DNA of 64,000 nt from Carcharhinus longimanus. Its lineage: Eukaryota. The stretch's first letter is position 1. Each line of letters opens with the position of its first letter. The notes under the pieces were generated by a model. It had not been told where the DNA came from, made no database searches, and was given only the letters and a program-made list of their open reading frames with translations. Both the position numbers and the translations under genes were made by a program. The stretch is taken from contig JASCQW010000190.1 of NCBI GenBank assembly GCA_030264375.1, forward strand, positions 92,169,147-92,233,146, in the 5' to 3' direction. Shown here one piece after another: positions 38,947 to 52,757 of this stretch.

Positions 38947-41871
38947 TCGTTAAAATGGCAATCAGTCCATTTAAGAAAATTTGCAGATGAGGTTGTACAT
39001 TAGAAAATAGTCGCATCTATTCAAGAATTACTAATCTGAAATACAATTTGCTATCCTATAAACCCTCTTTGAATTTGTTTAATAACTGATTACAGGCATT
39101 CATGGAATTAACCAGATGGCAAAAATATTGTTATTGTCAGTACAGGACAACTTTGAATCAGGTGTTGAGAGTCAAATAAATACACAGCACTTTATTAGTA
39201 ACAGTTTCCAAGTTACGTTTTGTACAAAGTTTCATACCTGGATCACAGGGATATTTAGAAAGGTAACCCAATAATACCCTACCCACGTCAACAGTGAACT
39301 TTAACATTTATTTTAATTTAAGAAACTTCCAGGTGACATTGCAGTGCCTTTTCACTCAAAAAAGACCTCTACAGCCACACTTAACTCAATCTGTGCTATC
39401 ACTTTGAACCAAACAAGGAAGTAGGCTGAAGCGTACCTCTGTACTGTATTACTTACAGTACTGTCCCCAAGTACAAGATGCCCTAGTCTCTATATTGAAC
39501 ACTAAGCAAACACATTCCATCCTACAAATTCTCTGTTGACTGAATTCCTGGAATAGAGGATGATACAATCAGAGGTATAACTGACATTGGAAAACCATCA
39601 AAACTGGCTTTGATCAACTATTTAAATTGAAAATGAGAAAACAGAATTAGAATCAATGCCTTTGCAATGTGAAAGCACTATTAAATAACTTTCCCCATAG
39701 TGAACAGTGGAAGACACGAATTAGTCTAGAAAAAGATAAATGGAGTAATCGTGATAATTTTTCTTTCCTGTTGTTCAGACTAGAAATTTAGTTGGGAAGT
39801 AAGAACTAAAGCATGCTTTCAGAATGAAGCCCTGTAAATGGTTGAGAAATGAAATATGATCATGTGACTAATGGGGACTTTTATAGCACACCAAATTCTT
39901 TCAGCCGCACTGGAGCCAGCATTCCTCATTTTGGACAGTTTTGCACATGGCAACAGACAGAATGTGTGCCTGAGCTGGCAAGTATGAGGCTGCCCTAGAA
40001 TAGTCCTTGAACTTCAATACTATTAATTGGGCAAGTAACCAATGGCTTTCGTGCCTTCACAGGCAGCTCACCCTTCAAAAGAAAATGATATAAGGCTCTA
40101 AGTGCTTAAGAGTTTGTCATATCCATGACTTGGGCCTTGTAGATAGTGGACAAACCTTGAGGAGTCCAGAACTGAGTCACTCACCACAAAATTTCCCGTC
40201 TCTGAACAGTATTTATATGGCTGCCGTTGTTAAGCTTCTGGTCAATGGGAACCACCAGTTAAGTGTGAGGGATTCAGTGATGGCAACTTGTTTTTAAATT
40301 TTTTTTCATGGGATTAGGGAATCATTGGCAAGGCCAACATTTGTTGCCCACCCCCAATTGTCCTTGAACTGAGTTCCTTGCTAGACCATTTCAGGAGGCA
40401 TTTAAGAGTCAACCCCATGGCTGTGGTTCCTACATGGATCACGACAAGTGGATCTTTTCCTCCTCCCAGTCCAAGTTTGTCTGCAGTTACAGTCTTTAAC
40501 TCAGAAACTGAGGAGGCAACACATTTGGAACTCATGATTGCAGCTGCAGAGAACAGTATCTATCCCACCAATTGTACTGTCCTCTATTATTATCTCATAT
40601 CTTTTATCTGCATCGATTTGAATGACTTCCTTCACCACGGTGATAGTTCAGTTTGCCCATCCACGCTGCAGTCCTTTCCACATCTACGCAGGTAGCACCT
40701 CATACCTGTTGGTCAAAGTCAAGGGCCAAGGCTCCGCCATCACAACATTCTGAATCCTTATACAAACTTAACTCTCAGTTACACCCTCCTGACCAATTCT
40801 ACGTTCTACTTTAGATTGCCTCCTGCAACAAAACGCCCAATTAACTCATTCTCTTACTAATACCCGGCAATGCCTGCAGCTCAAACTCCACTTCAATAAC
40901 TGTGAGCCAAAGTTGCTCGAGCTGACATTACCTACTGCAGATACGTCTGCCTGGGTTGCAATGCTCTCCATAGACTCCCACAAGTTACAGTTAATGACAA
41001 GCCAGTTGCCTTGCTTTTTCTAGCTAACCTTGTTTAATTATCTATTTGGTTAGCTGTTCAATTACTAACTTAGTTAAGTAAAACATTACGTTATTGTTTC
41101 CTGGCTTGGCGGAAGGAGATAAACACTCATCAGCTACTGAAGATGAAATAAAAAGCAGCAATCTCCTGCCCTTTTCCAAAAATTCCCACTTGCACCAAAT
41201 TCCCGACTTCCATACGCTTGCTTGCAAAGGACTCCTTTTACTGCAACTCTTGCGCTCTACACTGTCAAAAATACCATGGATATCGAAACACCAGCCCCGA
41301 GGGAACTATTCATAAAACACTTAATCAACAACAGCTGCATGACCACTTGCGTATTTTCAACATACCTTGCTTTTACTTCAATATTAATCCAGTTTTCCTT
41401 TGTGGTCATCAGTGGAGATACCACATTGGCTTTACTGAGGGTATGTTCCAGTGCAGCTGCTCCTTTGTCAGGGTTTTTATAATTGCACGAAACTGGATAA
41501 TTTTAAACTTGTTAGATCTTAATTTGCAGTTTAAATTAAAAAATTCACATTCATCTTCTTCACCTGTCTGGGGAATTATTGCTTCTTAATCTAATATTCT
41601 GCAAAGAAAACAAGCTCAAAATAAACATGTTACAAAGAAACTGTGAATATTTTCCCTTAAGGGAAAGAGCAAGTCGAAAAATGAGATAAAAATAGCAGTT
41701 AAGCAAAAACTTCATGGGTATTGGAACACAGGCAAATATTTCAGACCATCGCAATATTAGCCTTAGAATTTACAACTGGCTAAAAATTGCATTTTAATGT
41801 AAAATAAATCCTCTCTGATTTTATGCTATCCAGTTTGATTCATTTATATTAAGGTTAACTTTGTATTAAAC

Positions 41872-42170
41872 GCAGTGGTTAGCACTGCTGCCTCACAGCT
41901 CCAGGTTCAATTCTGGCCTTGGGTCACTGTCTGTGCGCAGTTTGTACATTCTCCCCATGTCTGCGTGGGTTTCCTCTGGGTGCTCTGATTTCGTTCCACA
42001 GTCCAAAGATGTGCGGGTTAGGTTGATTGGCTATGCTAAACTGACCTTAGTGTCAGAGGGATCAGCAGGATAAATATGTGGGGTTACAGGAATAGGGTCT
42101 GGGTGGGATTCTGGTCAGTGCAGTCTTGATGGGCTGAATGGGCTCCTTCTGCACTGTAAGGATTCTATTC
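41872..42170 (+). mobile_element. HE1-like V-SINE
   Basis: Same head, core and tail as the other copies. Confidence 0.85.
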
Positions 42171-44669
42171 TAATCTACAGCATTTTACTGGAAGTCATAA
42201 TGGAATGATCGTTATATACTTATCCATTTTAATCATCATTTTCTCACTCTTTGTGATGACTGCTTTTCTCAAAGTATTTTAATTAATTAAAACTTTAAAG
42301 AAAACTCAACCTTAACAAGGCATCAAAATGCATTAATCTAAGTTTACTCCAAGTCTATTGTGAAATTCAGGAAAACCAAAAGGCAAATGGTGGTTTAAGA
42401 CTCTGGCAGGTAGAATATAAGAGGATTGTACAAAAACGTACATGAGCCCTGGGGTGATCCAGATTGGAACTTAACTGGAAGTTTGTGCTGGAGAGTTGTG
42501 GACTGACATTCAAGGAGACTACATTTATTGCTATTTGGAATGGAGTTTTAAGATGATCAGGCTATCTACACCAAAATTTCTGCTGCACTCTGATTAACTT
42601 GTTTCACTTTTGTACAAAATGTTAGGTTGTTAAGTAAGAGCCTGAGCCAAGCTTGCATGCAGTGTATTGGTAAGAATAATCTCTTAGCTGTGATATCATC
42701 CTATCACGATAGATGACTCCTTTCTGGGACTGGGACTTCTCTTTTCAGAAAAGAGAGGGCCACGGGTTGACTTGATAGAGCCANNNNNNNNNNNNNNNNN
42801 NNNNNNNNNNNNNNNNNNNNNNNNNNNNNNNNNNNNNNNNNNNNNNNNNNNNNNNNNNNNNNNNNNNNNNNNNNNNNNNNNNNNNNNNNNNNNNNNNNNN
42901 NNNNNNNNNNNNNNNNNNNNNNNNNNNNNNNNNNNNNNNNNNNNNNNNNNNNNNNNNNNNNNNNNNNNNNNNNNNNNNNNNNNNNNNNNNNNNNNNNNNN
43001 NNNNNNNNNNNNNNNNNNNNNNNNNNNNNNNNNNNNNNNNNNNNNNNNNNNNNNNNNNNNNNNNNNNNNNNNATAAAGAGGGTGGGTGAAAGGATGCTTG
43101 GCAGGAGCATAAGTATTAGCACAGAGCAGATGTGCTGAATGACCTGTTTCTGCATTGTCAATTCTACATAATACACAATCTTCCGTAGTGGCTTGGTATT
43201 ACAAATTTGTCGTTAACAGTTAAAGGTGGAAAAGGGAAATATTACCAAGAATACTACAGGAACATGTTTTAGCTCAAGACCTATAGTAGTACTATTTTTA
43301 TTTAACGGCTAATAAAAAGACAAGTAAAATTGAATCACCCTTCCTTTTTCTCAAAATATGAATTGAGGAGGAAAATGATAATGGTAAGATGCAAATTAAT
43401 CTGTTTTTCACCAAAAATGGAAAATAATTCACTCCTGAATCAGATCTCTCGTACACTGATCAATGCATCTGTTACTGAATGTCTGGTACCTGCAGAAAAT
43501 CTGAAGCATCGAGAGCTGTAACATCATACTTTATTGTGCCAGGCTCAAACTTTCAGCACGGTTCTTTAGTAATGCAAATTGACAAGGCCAAATATCATGC
43601 CAATTTATCTATTCAATCCTATATGACTCAAACTTTTAAAAATAAGTTTGTAATACTATGTTTTAATTCAATAATTGTTTAGAAGTAAATAATGCAGACT
43701 TAAAAAATAATCAGCAATCCAGGGTGAAGGCAAAAATCATAATTCTGTAGCTGGTTTTATTAAGATCCGTACGCATCAATTCTACCTTTTGTTTTGCTCA
43801 TTTGGCTTTAAAACCAGGATTTAGATGTGGCAATCTGTAAACACATCCTTTGCAAAGCAGTTAATTATTCATTTCATTGTTATCCTTTACGCTGCTTTAT
43901 AGCAGTGCATGCCATATAATCACCACCTTCATTGTGTGAGATCAGAGGCCCAAAGTCTGGGGCTGCTTAGGCTCATTATTTGAACAGGGGTGTTAACATT
44001 GTTGGAGGTTGCTCAAAAGTAGACATTGCCAAATTTAATTCCACTAAGTGTTAGCCTCAACTCAGTGATGGAACTCACCAAGTCAGAAGATTGTTGGTTC
44101 AAATCTCAATCAGCACAATATTGAAGCAGTGGAATATTGAAGTGAGTGCTGCACTCAGAATTGTAGAAATTTACAGCATACCATGAAGTCATTTGATCCA
44201 TTGTGTCTGTACTGGGTCTTTGAAAGAACAGATGTCTTTACTGCTTAGGAGTTGACGTCACAATCAGATCAGCAATTTTATTGTATGGCAGAGTAAGCTC
44301 ATGTGACTAAATGACCTATTCCTGTTCTTGTAATCCCATAACCCCACTTTTTGTCCTGAACTCTAAATTCCTCATCCTCAAATACTTGTCCAACTCACCT
44401 CTAAATATATAAAATCAGCTTCCACATCTCTTCAGGTTGAGCATTCCAGATTCCAACAGTGAAAAAAATTCTCATTTGCTCTCTAAATTTCATCAGTGAT
44501 TTTCCACTGAGAGAGCTTTTGTCTTATTTATAAGACATTAAACTAAGGCTCTGCCTTGCCCACTCTGGTGGATGTGAAGAACTTCATTTGAGGAAGTGTA
44601 ATGGAGCTCTGTGGACCTGGTCAACATTACTAAACCCAAAGCATTTGGCTGTTTGTGAGGATCTTAGAT

Positions 44670-45450
44670 CAAAGGATCAACATGTAGAAGCAGTTTGGAT
44701 GGAGCCAAGAACAACAAGGAGCAGCAAATAGTAGTAGGAGTTGCTTAAAGGCACCAAACTATAGTGGTAACTGAGTACAGTACAAATCAAGAAATTAGAG
44801 CTGCATGTAAAACGGTTAATACAGTAATAATGAATGATTTCTTACATAGACTGGGTAAATCAAATTAGCACTAATTCTGTGGAGGATAAATCCTTGGAGC
44901 ATATTGTGAGATGCGTTTCTGGGCAATACATTGAAGAACCAACTAAGGATTGGGCTATTTTAGATTTGGTGTTATGTAATGAGAAAGAGTTTATTAATAA
45001 TCTTGCTGAAAAGGAAAATTTAGGAAATAGTGACCATAACATGATAGAGTTTTACATTAAGTTTGAAAGTGATATAGTTCAGTCTTAAACTAGGGTCTTA
45101 TATCCAAACAAAGGAAACTGAAGGACAAGTTGGCTATGGTGGGTTGGGAAAATACACTAAAAAATTTGTTGGTAGGTGAGCAATGGCTAGTATTTAAACA
45201 AGTCTTACATCGTCTACAACAAATATACAATCCTCTTAAGACACAAAAACCCAACAGGAAAGATGATAGAACTGTGGCTAACAAAAGTTAAAAGATCCTC
45301 AGAACAAAGGAAGTGACTTAGAAGGTTACTAAAATGCCCAAGGATTGGGAGCAAATTAGAATCCAACAAATGGGGACCAAGAAACTGAAAAAGAGAATAA
45401 GAATACAAGCTAGCAAGGGACAAAGGTGGACTGTAAAAACTTTTCTAGAT
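44670..45450 (+). mobile_element. CR1 endonuclease-region fragment
   Basis: QYIEEPTKDWAILDLVLCNE...LGNSDHNMIEF. Confidence 0.85.
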
Positions 45451-47629
45451 AAGTAGACAAATAGTCTATCTTTAAAGACAGAACATGATGGAAACTGAAA
45501 TAGTTTGATTTGCCAGTGCTGGTAGGATCCATTCCTATAAATTTGGTCATATGCCATTTAATCACATGGCATTTAGAATCAGGAACAAGGAATGAAGAGA
45601 GACCAAACTCATGTTCTGGAATTTGGATGAAGAAAGAAACAAATACTGAAGGTTAGGATCCTGAAAAATCACTGATGTTGCAAAATGGTTCAGGAATAAA
45701 GTATTATCCTGTACTTACTGTATGTATCCCTCACTCAACATAAATTAAAGACACAATGCTGGACACAGCATTTCTGACAGCAATTATGGAGAAACAGACC
45801 TGAAATCTAACTCTGCTTCTACCTCCTCAGATGATGCTAAACTGCTAAGTATTTCCAGCAGTTTCTGCTTCTATTTCAGATGCCCAGCATCTCTGGTATT
45901 GCTGTTTGTGAGAGCTTGCTGTGCACAAGTTGGGTGTCACATTACCATAACGGCTCTAACTCAAAAGTACTTCACTGACTGTAAAGCACATAAGACACTC
46001 AGATTGAGAAAGGCACCATATGTAAGTGTTTCTTTTTCCTTTCAAAACATTATTTAAACAGAAATAGTGTGAATTCTGCCACACGAAGCAGTCTGGGTAG
46101 GTAGGGCATACCTCCATTGCAAAGGAAAAAAGTGCTGATAAAAAGTTTTTGACATTATACTTGCACTAGTGACATTCAGATTGTGAATTAAGTATTTCTG
46201 GAAAAATATGGATGGCATAATATATAAACAATTCCTGTGGTCAGAGCCTCAAGAAAATGACAATCACCATGACAAATGTTAAAAATATGGTTATAGTTTA
46301 AACAAATTTCATGACACATGCAGTACACAATCTGTGAATAACAAACACGAGATTAATTAGCCCTTAGATTTTACTTAATTTTGCACACTTGTTCCAGAGC
46401 TTGAAAATAATAGGAAATTTTTAATGGCTAACTGGATCTGCTCTGCCATCACATGCATAAGAACATAAGAAATAGGAGCAGGAGTAGGCCATCTAGCCCT
46501 TCGAGCCTGCCCCGCCATTCAATAAGATCNNNNNNNNNNNNNNNNNNNNNNNNNNNNNNNNNNNNNNNNNNNNNNNNNNNNNNNNNNNNNNNNNNNNNNN
46601 NNNNNNNNNNNNNNNNNNNNNNNNNNNNNCCACCGCCCTAGACACATCCTCATAGAACTCCAGTAAATTTGTCAGACACGACTTCCCTTTAACGAAACCG
46701 TGCTGCCAAGTTATGGCAGCAAGGTGATTGCAGTCTCTAGGGAATTCCAGATTATTTAATAAACTTTGAAGGCAATGAATGGTTGGAGGCCCAAGACAGC
46801 TGCAAGCTGAGCCTTGAGTAAGAGAGTGGTAGGTTCCAGGTGTTAAGAATCAGAAAACCTGGAGGATTTCAACTTCAGCATTATAAGCTCTTATACAAGG
46901 TCTGCGCAGGCACAATGTTCAGATACTTCTCCCAGGTTCATAGTAGACGTACAAGATCAATCTTCCATTCAGGGAGAATCATTGACAATCCATGACTGTT
47001 GCTAACCATGGGTAACATCTACAAAAAGAAAAAGAATTATATTTCAGGAAGCTTCTGTCAGCTCAATATCGTTTTTCACATTTAGACGCTGCTCAACTCA
47101 AGTGTTTATACCCTTTTTTGTTTTGTTTTAAGATTTCCAGATTCTCCAATATTTCGTTTTACTTTTAAGAATAGTACTATTAGCCTTAGCTTTTGGGTTT
47201 CTTGTGCTAGTTAACATGCTGTGGAAATACATGCTCCAACAGTAACATGAGCATCCGACCAAAGATGTAAAAGTTTTTGAAATATATATCTAAGATTCTT
47301 GATTCAAAGTAGTCACAACTTGTATCCTGTCTTGTCAAAAACTGGACAGCAATCAGGGAGTAGGCCAATTGTTCCCTTCTTCAGATGCATTGAGGCAAAT
47401 ATCTCCCAGAGCTAAAAAAAACTGAAGGATTGAAGTGGGGGCCACTCTTCCTGGTATGACTCAGCTACTGTATGGACAAATGTGCTGGCCTTTCCCACAC
47501 CAACCTTCTCACCAAAGTGTTAACATACATTGAGGAAAAGTAAACATCTTCAATCAGAACCTAGATCTTTTAAAAAGAATACTTACAGGCAGCTTTGGAT
47601 AAATAAAAACAAGTGTAATATCATTGTAA

Positions 47630-50600
47630 ATTGTTTCAATTAATTTATTGCAATTTGGATACAGAGCAAATAAAGAAATAGGTTATTTTGTACTAGTACA
47701 GAACAGTTTTCCTGATTAAAAAGAGTGGTCACTTCAAAACTAAAGTTTTACTGTGTTTCAACAGCCATTCATGATGAGAATTAAACAACTTTTTAAACAG
47801 AGAACTATTTGTTCTTTCAGTACAACAAAACATACATAAAAAAGAAAACAGCACAGAAACACAAATATATAAAACAAAACAGAAAAACTTTGTACAATAC
47901 AAATGTTAACACCTGCTCAACAGGAAATCCACAGTATCCAAATTTGAATTCAAAAATGTACATTAGCATAATTACCAAAAGTAATTTTAAAAACTCATAC
48001 AGTATAAACTACCATGTTTGACAAAATTCAAAGCAACCCTGTTGGGTTTTATTTGATTAAATTTATTCAATGTACTGCTGCAACAGAGTATAAAACATGA
48101 CTGTAATAAGCACACTCATTTCTATGCTTTTACTCTGGTTAATTTCAGCATTTCTTTTTAAACGGCTGAACTCTGTAGTCTCAAAATGTTAGTACAACAA
48201 AATTGAGCACTGATCTCCCAACTCTTCTCATGGATCAAGTAGCAGGTTGCATTTACTATAAAGCCTGTTTTAGTGAGGAAGATTAATTAACATGTGTCAC
48301 AGATCCAATCATATCTTAGCTGGATTCTTTCTGATCAGTGCCCAGAAGGGTAGATTTACTTAACTTTAAAGGACACCATTATTTAAATGAAGGTGCATTT
48401 CAAGTATTGAGTCAAGTTAAACCATACAACTGGTGTTGGGGATGATTTGGGGCGGGCGGTGGGGAAGGGGGGGTTTAAAATCAGAGAATTCTGTCTGAAA
48501 GACTTTTTAGTCTGAACACACTTGCCCTTCTCTTATTGTTCTTAAAAAACTGTCTTCTTAGATCGGTTACCACTAAAGATGACATATCATTAGAGTAAAC
48601 CATAACGTGTTGTTATTCAGAAATATGACAGATGGAGAAATGAAGGATTAGGATCCCTTTGATTATATTGGAAAGGGATCTGCAAGTCAGGAAGCAAATT
48701 GCATTAACTTATAATTAAATTTGGAATAGCCCTAATAATTTCAAAACTAGTGAGATGCATTTTTAAAAATTCATTAAAAGCAGTTTATTGAAACCTCTGG
48801 AAAATATCCATTAAAAAGTATAACCATCTCCGTACAGGTTGCCATTTTACAAAACTGCATACAGAGAAATATACCCTGAAAGTAACAGAAATACACATTA
48901 TGTATGCAGTGTCAAGGGGAAGGTGAAAAAACAGTGCATTTTCAACTAAGAAATAATTGGACAGTAAATAAAAGTCTCTCGCATTTTATCTCAGAAGGGG
49001 TAATGAACAGAAATTGATAACTCAGCAGGTCTGGCAGTATTTGTGGAGAGAAAAACAAAGTCAATGTTTCAAATCTGTGACTTTCTCTCTTCATAGATGC
49101 TGCCAGACCTGTTGACTTTATCCAGCATTTTTTAATTTCAGATTTCCAGCATCCGCAGTATTTTGGAGTAAAAAAAAAACCCATCCTGGTATGGTGCAAA
49201 ACATCTCTAAGAGAATGCAGTTTTGCTATTGTACTTAAGAAATAGAACTTGAATTAATTATTGCTAGTTGCCACTCTAGAGATACCTTAGAGTGGCAACT
49301 GCCTTAAACAAGACCAGGCAACAAGTACTGCCGACTGTTTTTGTTGATTACACTTCACCACGTTATCCTCAGCCTATCCAGTCTTCAGAAACATATCAAA
49401 TCTTTTTGTTGCAAACTCTCACTTCAGACTGGTAAATTGCTGAAGCATTATTCAAAGAGACTGGTATTATTACATCAGCTACAACAGCTGAAAGACTACA
49501 CAGCTCTGAATTTTGCTGGTTTCAGTACATGGATTGCTGCCAAACTACATGCTTAGGTCTTCCCTGAAAATGAACCCCCAACCCCGCAGAAGGAACGGTA
49601 GTAATAAATAGGCACAACATCACAAAGTAACAGAAGTAGTTTTGAAGGGTACATGGATTTTTTACTTTCTAACCATAAATCACCTTTTTTGGATCTTCTG
49701 CTAGTCTGTCAATGCTACTTGGCAGCTGCATTAGCCCAAATGCAGGCATCACAACTATGCCCACAGAAGCAGGGTCATCATTATCAATAAGACCTCGGAA
49801 CTTTGTTCCTACCAAACATGTGAAACTTGTGCAAACGATATTGTGATGTTTTGACACTTCTGTCAAAATGCTGTACACATCTGGAACTCAATTCAGCAAT
49901 TAAACTCTTAAGTGAGTCAAAACATACAGCAATTTTAGCAGGAAAGTTGAGGTTAAAGATCAGCCATGATCTTATTAAATAGTGGAAGAAACGTGCGGGA
50001 TGTATTGTCTACTCCAGCTCCTATTTCTTATGCTATTACTCTGGTCATTAAAGCAAGTTAACCATGGGTGTTTCTGGGCACACCACACATAATTCATTGA
50101 GAAAAATCTTGGAAGAGTCCGAAGTTAAATTGTCATTTACTTGAAAAGCCATAAATCATTTCCTAACAGCCACCTAAAAATAGGTAGGTTACAAGTCCCT
50201 TTGCTTGATCTCCACACTAGGTAGATATGCTGTTAAGCTTTCAACAGGAATATTTTCAGCATTCTATGCTAGCACTGTGCAAGTGATGGCAAAGCCTCAG
50301 GTGGTTTACTTCACATATCACAAGGCTTATTTGGATCAAAATGCCCTAAATTTCACATTTTAGTTATATTTTCCCTTGAGTTTATATGCTGGGTGAGGGA
50401 TTTGCCACGTTTGAGTTCCAACCTGGAATAAATCCAAAAAATTAGAAAAAAGACTCTGTTATTCAAAATCAATCATGATAGGCAGTATTATAGAGATTTC
50501 CTCCAGATGAAGACAAACACTAGACTAATCTAAATTCCTTGGATTGGAGGTGTACGGTTCATCATCAGATCCACTTTCATTTTTGATCAAGAAAATTACT

Positions 50601-52205
50601 TATTTAAAAAAATTTAAATGCTGCTCAAGAAGATTAGGTAACCCTACACCTTGAAATATATAAAAAATGAATCTGTACATTTAAATCTGAATCAAAAATT
50701 TTATGAAATCTGTGATGGTCTGCGGATAACAACAGATATGTATGCAAGCCAAACAACTGGGTCCACTGTCACTGAATTGCACCCATAGTGATTCAGAGAA
50801 GTTGGTCCATATGCCTTTTATTAATCTGCATGAGTTACAAAAGCATAATGATGTATGGTAGAAAGAGAGACAGGGGATGAGAACGATGAGAGCCATAAAA
50901 CAAGCTGAGGTCATGTGTGTTCCAGTTTGAAAGTCTCAAAATAATATCACCCCATTGGATGCAGCATATTATGAAAAGTTGTTTTTATCTCCTTTGGAGA
51001 GATGGGGTAGAGAGAAAGGGAACAGAAAGATAATAACCTTTACTATTACCCCATCCTTATTACATCTACAAAAATAATTGAAAATGGCCAACTACTTGAC
51101 ATAATTGACTAAAGTAGATAAACCACACATTTGAGAATTTTATCATGTCCTTGGTTCTTTAGTGTTCTGCTAGCATGTTGATTAAATTCAAATCTAACTT
51201 AAAAAAATTCATTTAAACATTGCTTTGCTTAATATCATTTAGAAGTCAGCAAGCTCCTTATAGCTAACAGTTGTAATTCATTAATAAATACTGACTGGCT
51301 CTACATAATTATTCTAGCATTTCAATTTCTTTTAAATTAANNNNNNNNNNACCCACACATACACTTCATGGAGCATAGTAACTTCTCTCGTTCACTATAC
51401 AAATAATGAACAGATTACTCAAAACGTGAGCCTGCAGTCAACATTTACACATTTGATTAGGCAATTTAATAACAAATAATTTGAATAGAACTGAATCCAA
51501 TACAAGTAATTGCATACAGATATAACAGGGATTATAAAGTTAAAAAAAAACTACTGATGCTAGATTTATCCACAACTGCTTTTAAGTATAAAGGGAACCC
51601 CCATTGCTACTCTTTGCAAGTTTGTTCCCACCTTACCCAAGAGAAAACTGCAACAAAACCCATCTGTCATGGCAACAAATAAAGAATAACCCATGCCATG
51701 GCTTTTCACCATTATTGATCTTTGTAAATAATAGTCAGATACTGTTCTCCTGAAGCATATTTAAAATAGGCACAAGCATCTACCAGCTTTGCATTTTTAA
51801 GTACTGATGTGGCGCATAATGTAGTTCTATACACTGGACCCGTATATAAATACATCTCGAATAATTTGCCTCAAATAATTTGAACTTACATTTCACAAAG
51901 CAGGAAAAGATAACTCTTTTAAAAAAAAACAGGGTTGAATCACTTTTCGTTTATAAAACAGCTGCAACAACTTGTGTTTGTTTTGGTGTTGTTTCCATCT
52001 TTTACTCAGGCTTGGAACCACGTGCTGAGCATGCCTTCATTACATTCCATTACATGCACGCATGGAGCAGTCAAATGGGCTAGCACCAATTACACAGGCA
52101 AGGTGCTGAAAAGTACATAGAACTGCATTCTTCTGCTTACTGTATCTTCCGAATTGAAAAACATTCCTTTGTTACATGTACACTGCTGCATTATAACAAC
52201 GCAAT
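47630..52205 (-). other. SIAH2: Putative long SIAH2 3' UTR
   Basis: Repeat-poor, AT-rich stretch below the stop codon. A U/GU-rich block lies at about 47810-47910 on the minus strand. Minus-strand AATAAA occurs at 48062-48067 and 47644-47649. The end point is inferred. Confidence 0.45.
49000..49165. repeat. Second Penelope-like foldback family; degenerate relatives at about 13070-13190, 33085-33200 and 45750-45900
   Basis: Inverted arms cagcaggtctggcagtatttgtggagagaaa and tttctctcttcatagatgctgccagacctgttg, plus the tail tttcagatttccagcatccgcagtatttt. Confidence 0.7.
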
Positions 52206-52757
52206 TCAGCACATTGAGATTGTAACGTTAATACCCAGGTTCCCATGATCTGCAAAAAGATGAGCTATGGAGGTGTCAAAGACTAAACAATCGCTATTCA
52301 TGATCGCTGCTGCATCCCCATAATGGATTGACCTTGGGGTGGCCTCCCATGTGAGGCGTCTGCGGTTTCCATTCAGTTCTAATCTGTAGGCAAAGTTTTC
52401 AGCTTGCTTACGTGTGCCTATTAGAAGAACAATAGCAAAGAATTGCTGGTGGCCTTCGTACTTCTCTTGTTTCTCAAGCACCAGCATGAAGTGGTGACCA
52501 AAGCAGGACTGCATCATAACCCAATCCACGGCACCAGGTAGGTTGATGTCAGTTGCCAGAAATACTATGTCCTCTCCTTGCAGAGTTGTAATGCTTTTGT
52601 GCGTATGCANNNNNNNNNNNNNNACTGCCTCCAATGATCCGTGCCACTTGCAGGATGCTCCTGGGCAAGGGCACATGTATGGGCGAAATTCACACACCTC
52701 TTCATGTTCCGGCTTTTCCGTGTGGTGCAATGACAAGATACAGCCAGCTGAAGCGTA
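52206..52757 (-). CDS. SIAH2: SIAH2 (or siah2-like) E3 ubiquitin ligase, final coding exon: SIAH zinc fingers plus substrate-binding domain
   Basis: Translates [44 protein letters not shown]...[90 protein letters not shown]...[13 protein letters not shown] polypyrimidine tract and tag acceptor (AG at 52759-52758) sit in phase 0 at the SIAH2-type C-K|Y junction. HHTEK, GHHF, KYEG and NGNRR are SIAH2-type residues. A 14-N gap at 52610-52623 keeps the frame. Confidence 0.95.
   Translation of the reverse strand, partial: YASAGCILSLHHTEKPEHEEVCEFRPYMCPCPGASCKWHGSLEAXXXXXXHTHKSITTLQGEDIVFLATDINLPGAVDWVMMQSCFGHHFMLVLEKQEKYEGHQQFFAIVLLIGTRKQAENFAYRLELNGNRRRLTWEATPRSIHYGDAAAIMNSDCLVFDTSIAHLFADHGNLGINVTISMC

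Noticed and set aside
42745-43176. Long ORFs spanning N runs (also 8235, 16634, 18434, 20116, 27706, 34636, 36782, 46453)
   Set aside because: They are open only because of the Ns.
1-47000. ERICH6 exons expected downstream of SIAH2 from human synteny
   Set aside because: No recognisable minus-strand FAM194-like exon. Candidate minus acceptors (about 1897, 7151, 20513) ran into stops or unrecognisable peptides.
51723-51730. Pumilio element TGTAAATA near the SIAH2 3' UTR
   Set aside because: It is on the plus strand, antisense to the SIAH2 mRNA.
52206-52757. Calling the exon SIAH1 because it ends in TISMC
   Set aside because: The intron at C-K|Y and the residues HHTEK, GHHF, KYEG, NGNRR and IAHLF are SIAH2-type, and SIAH1 lacks this intron.
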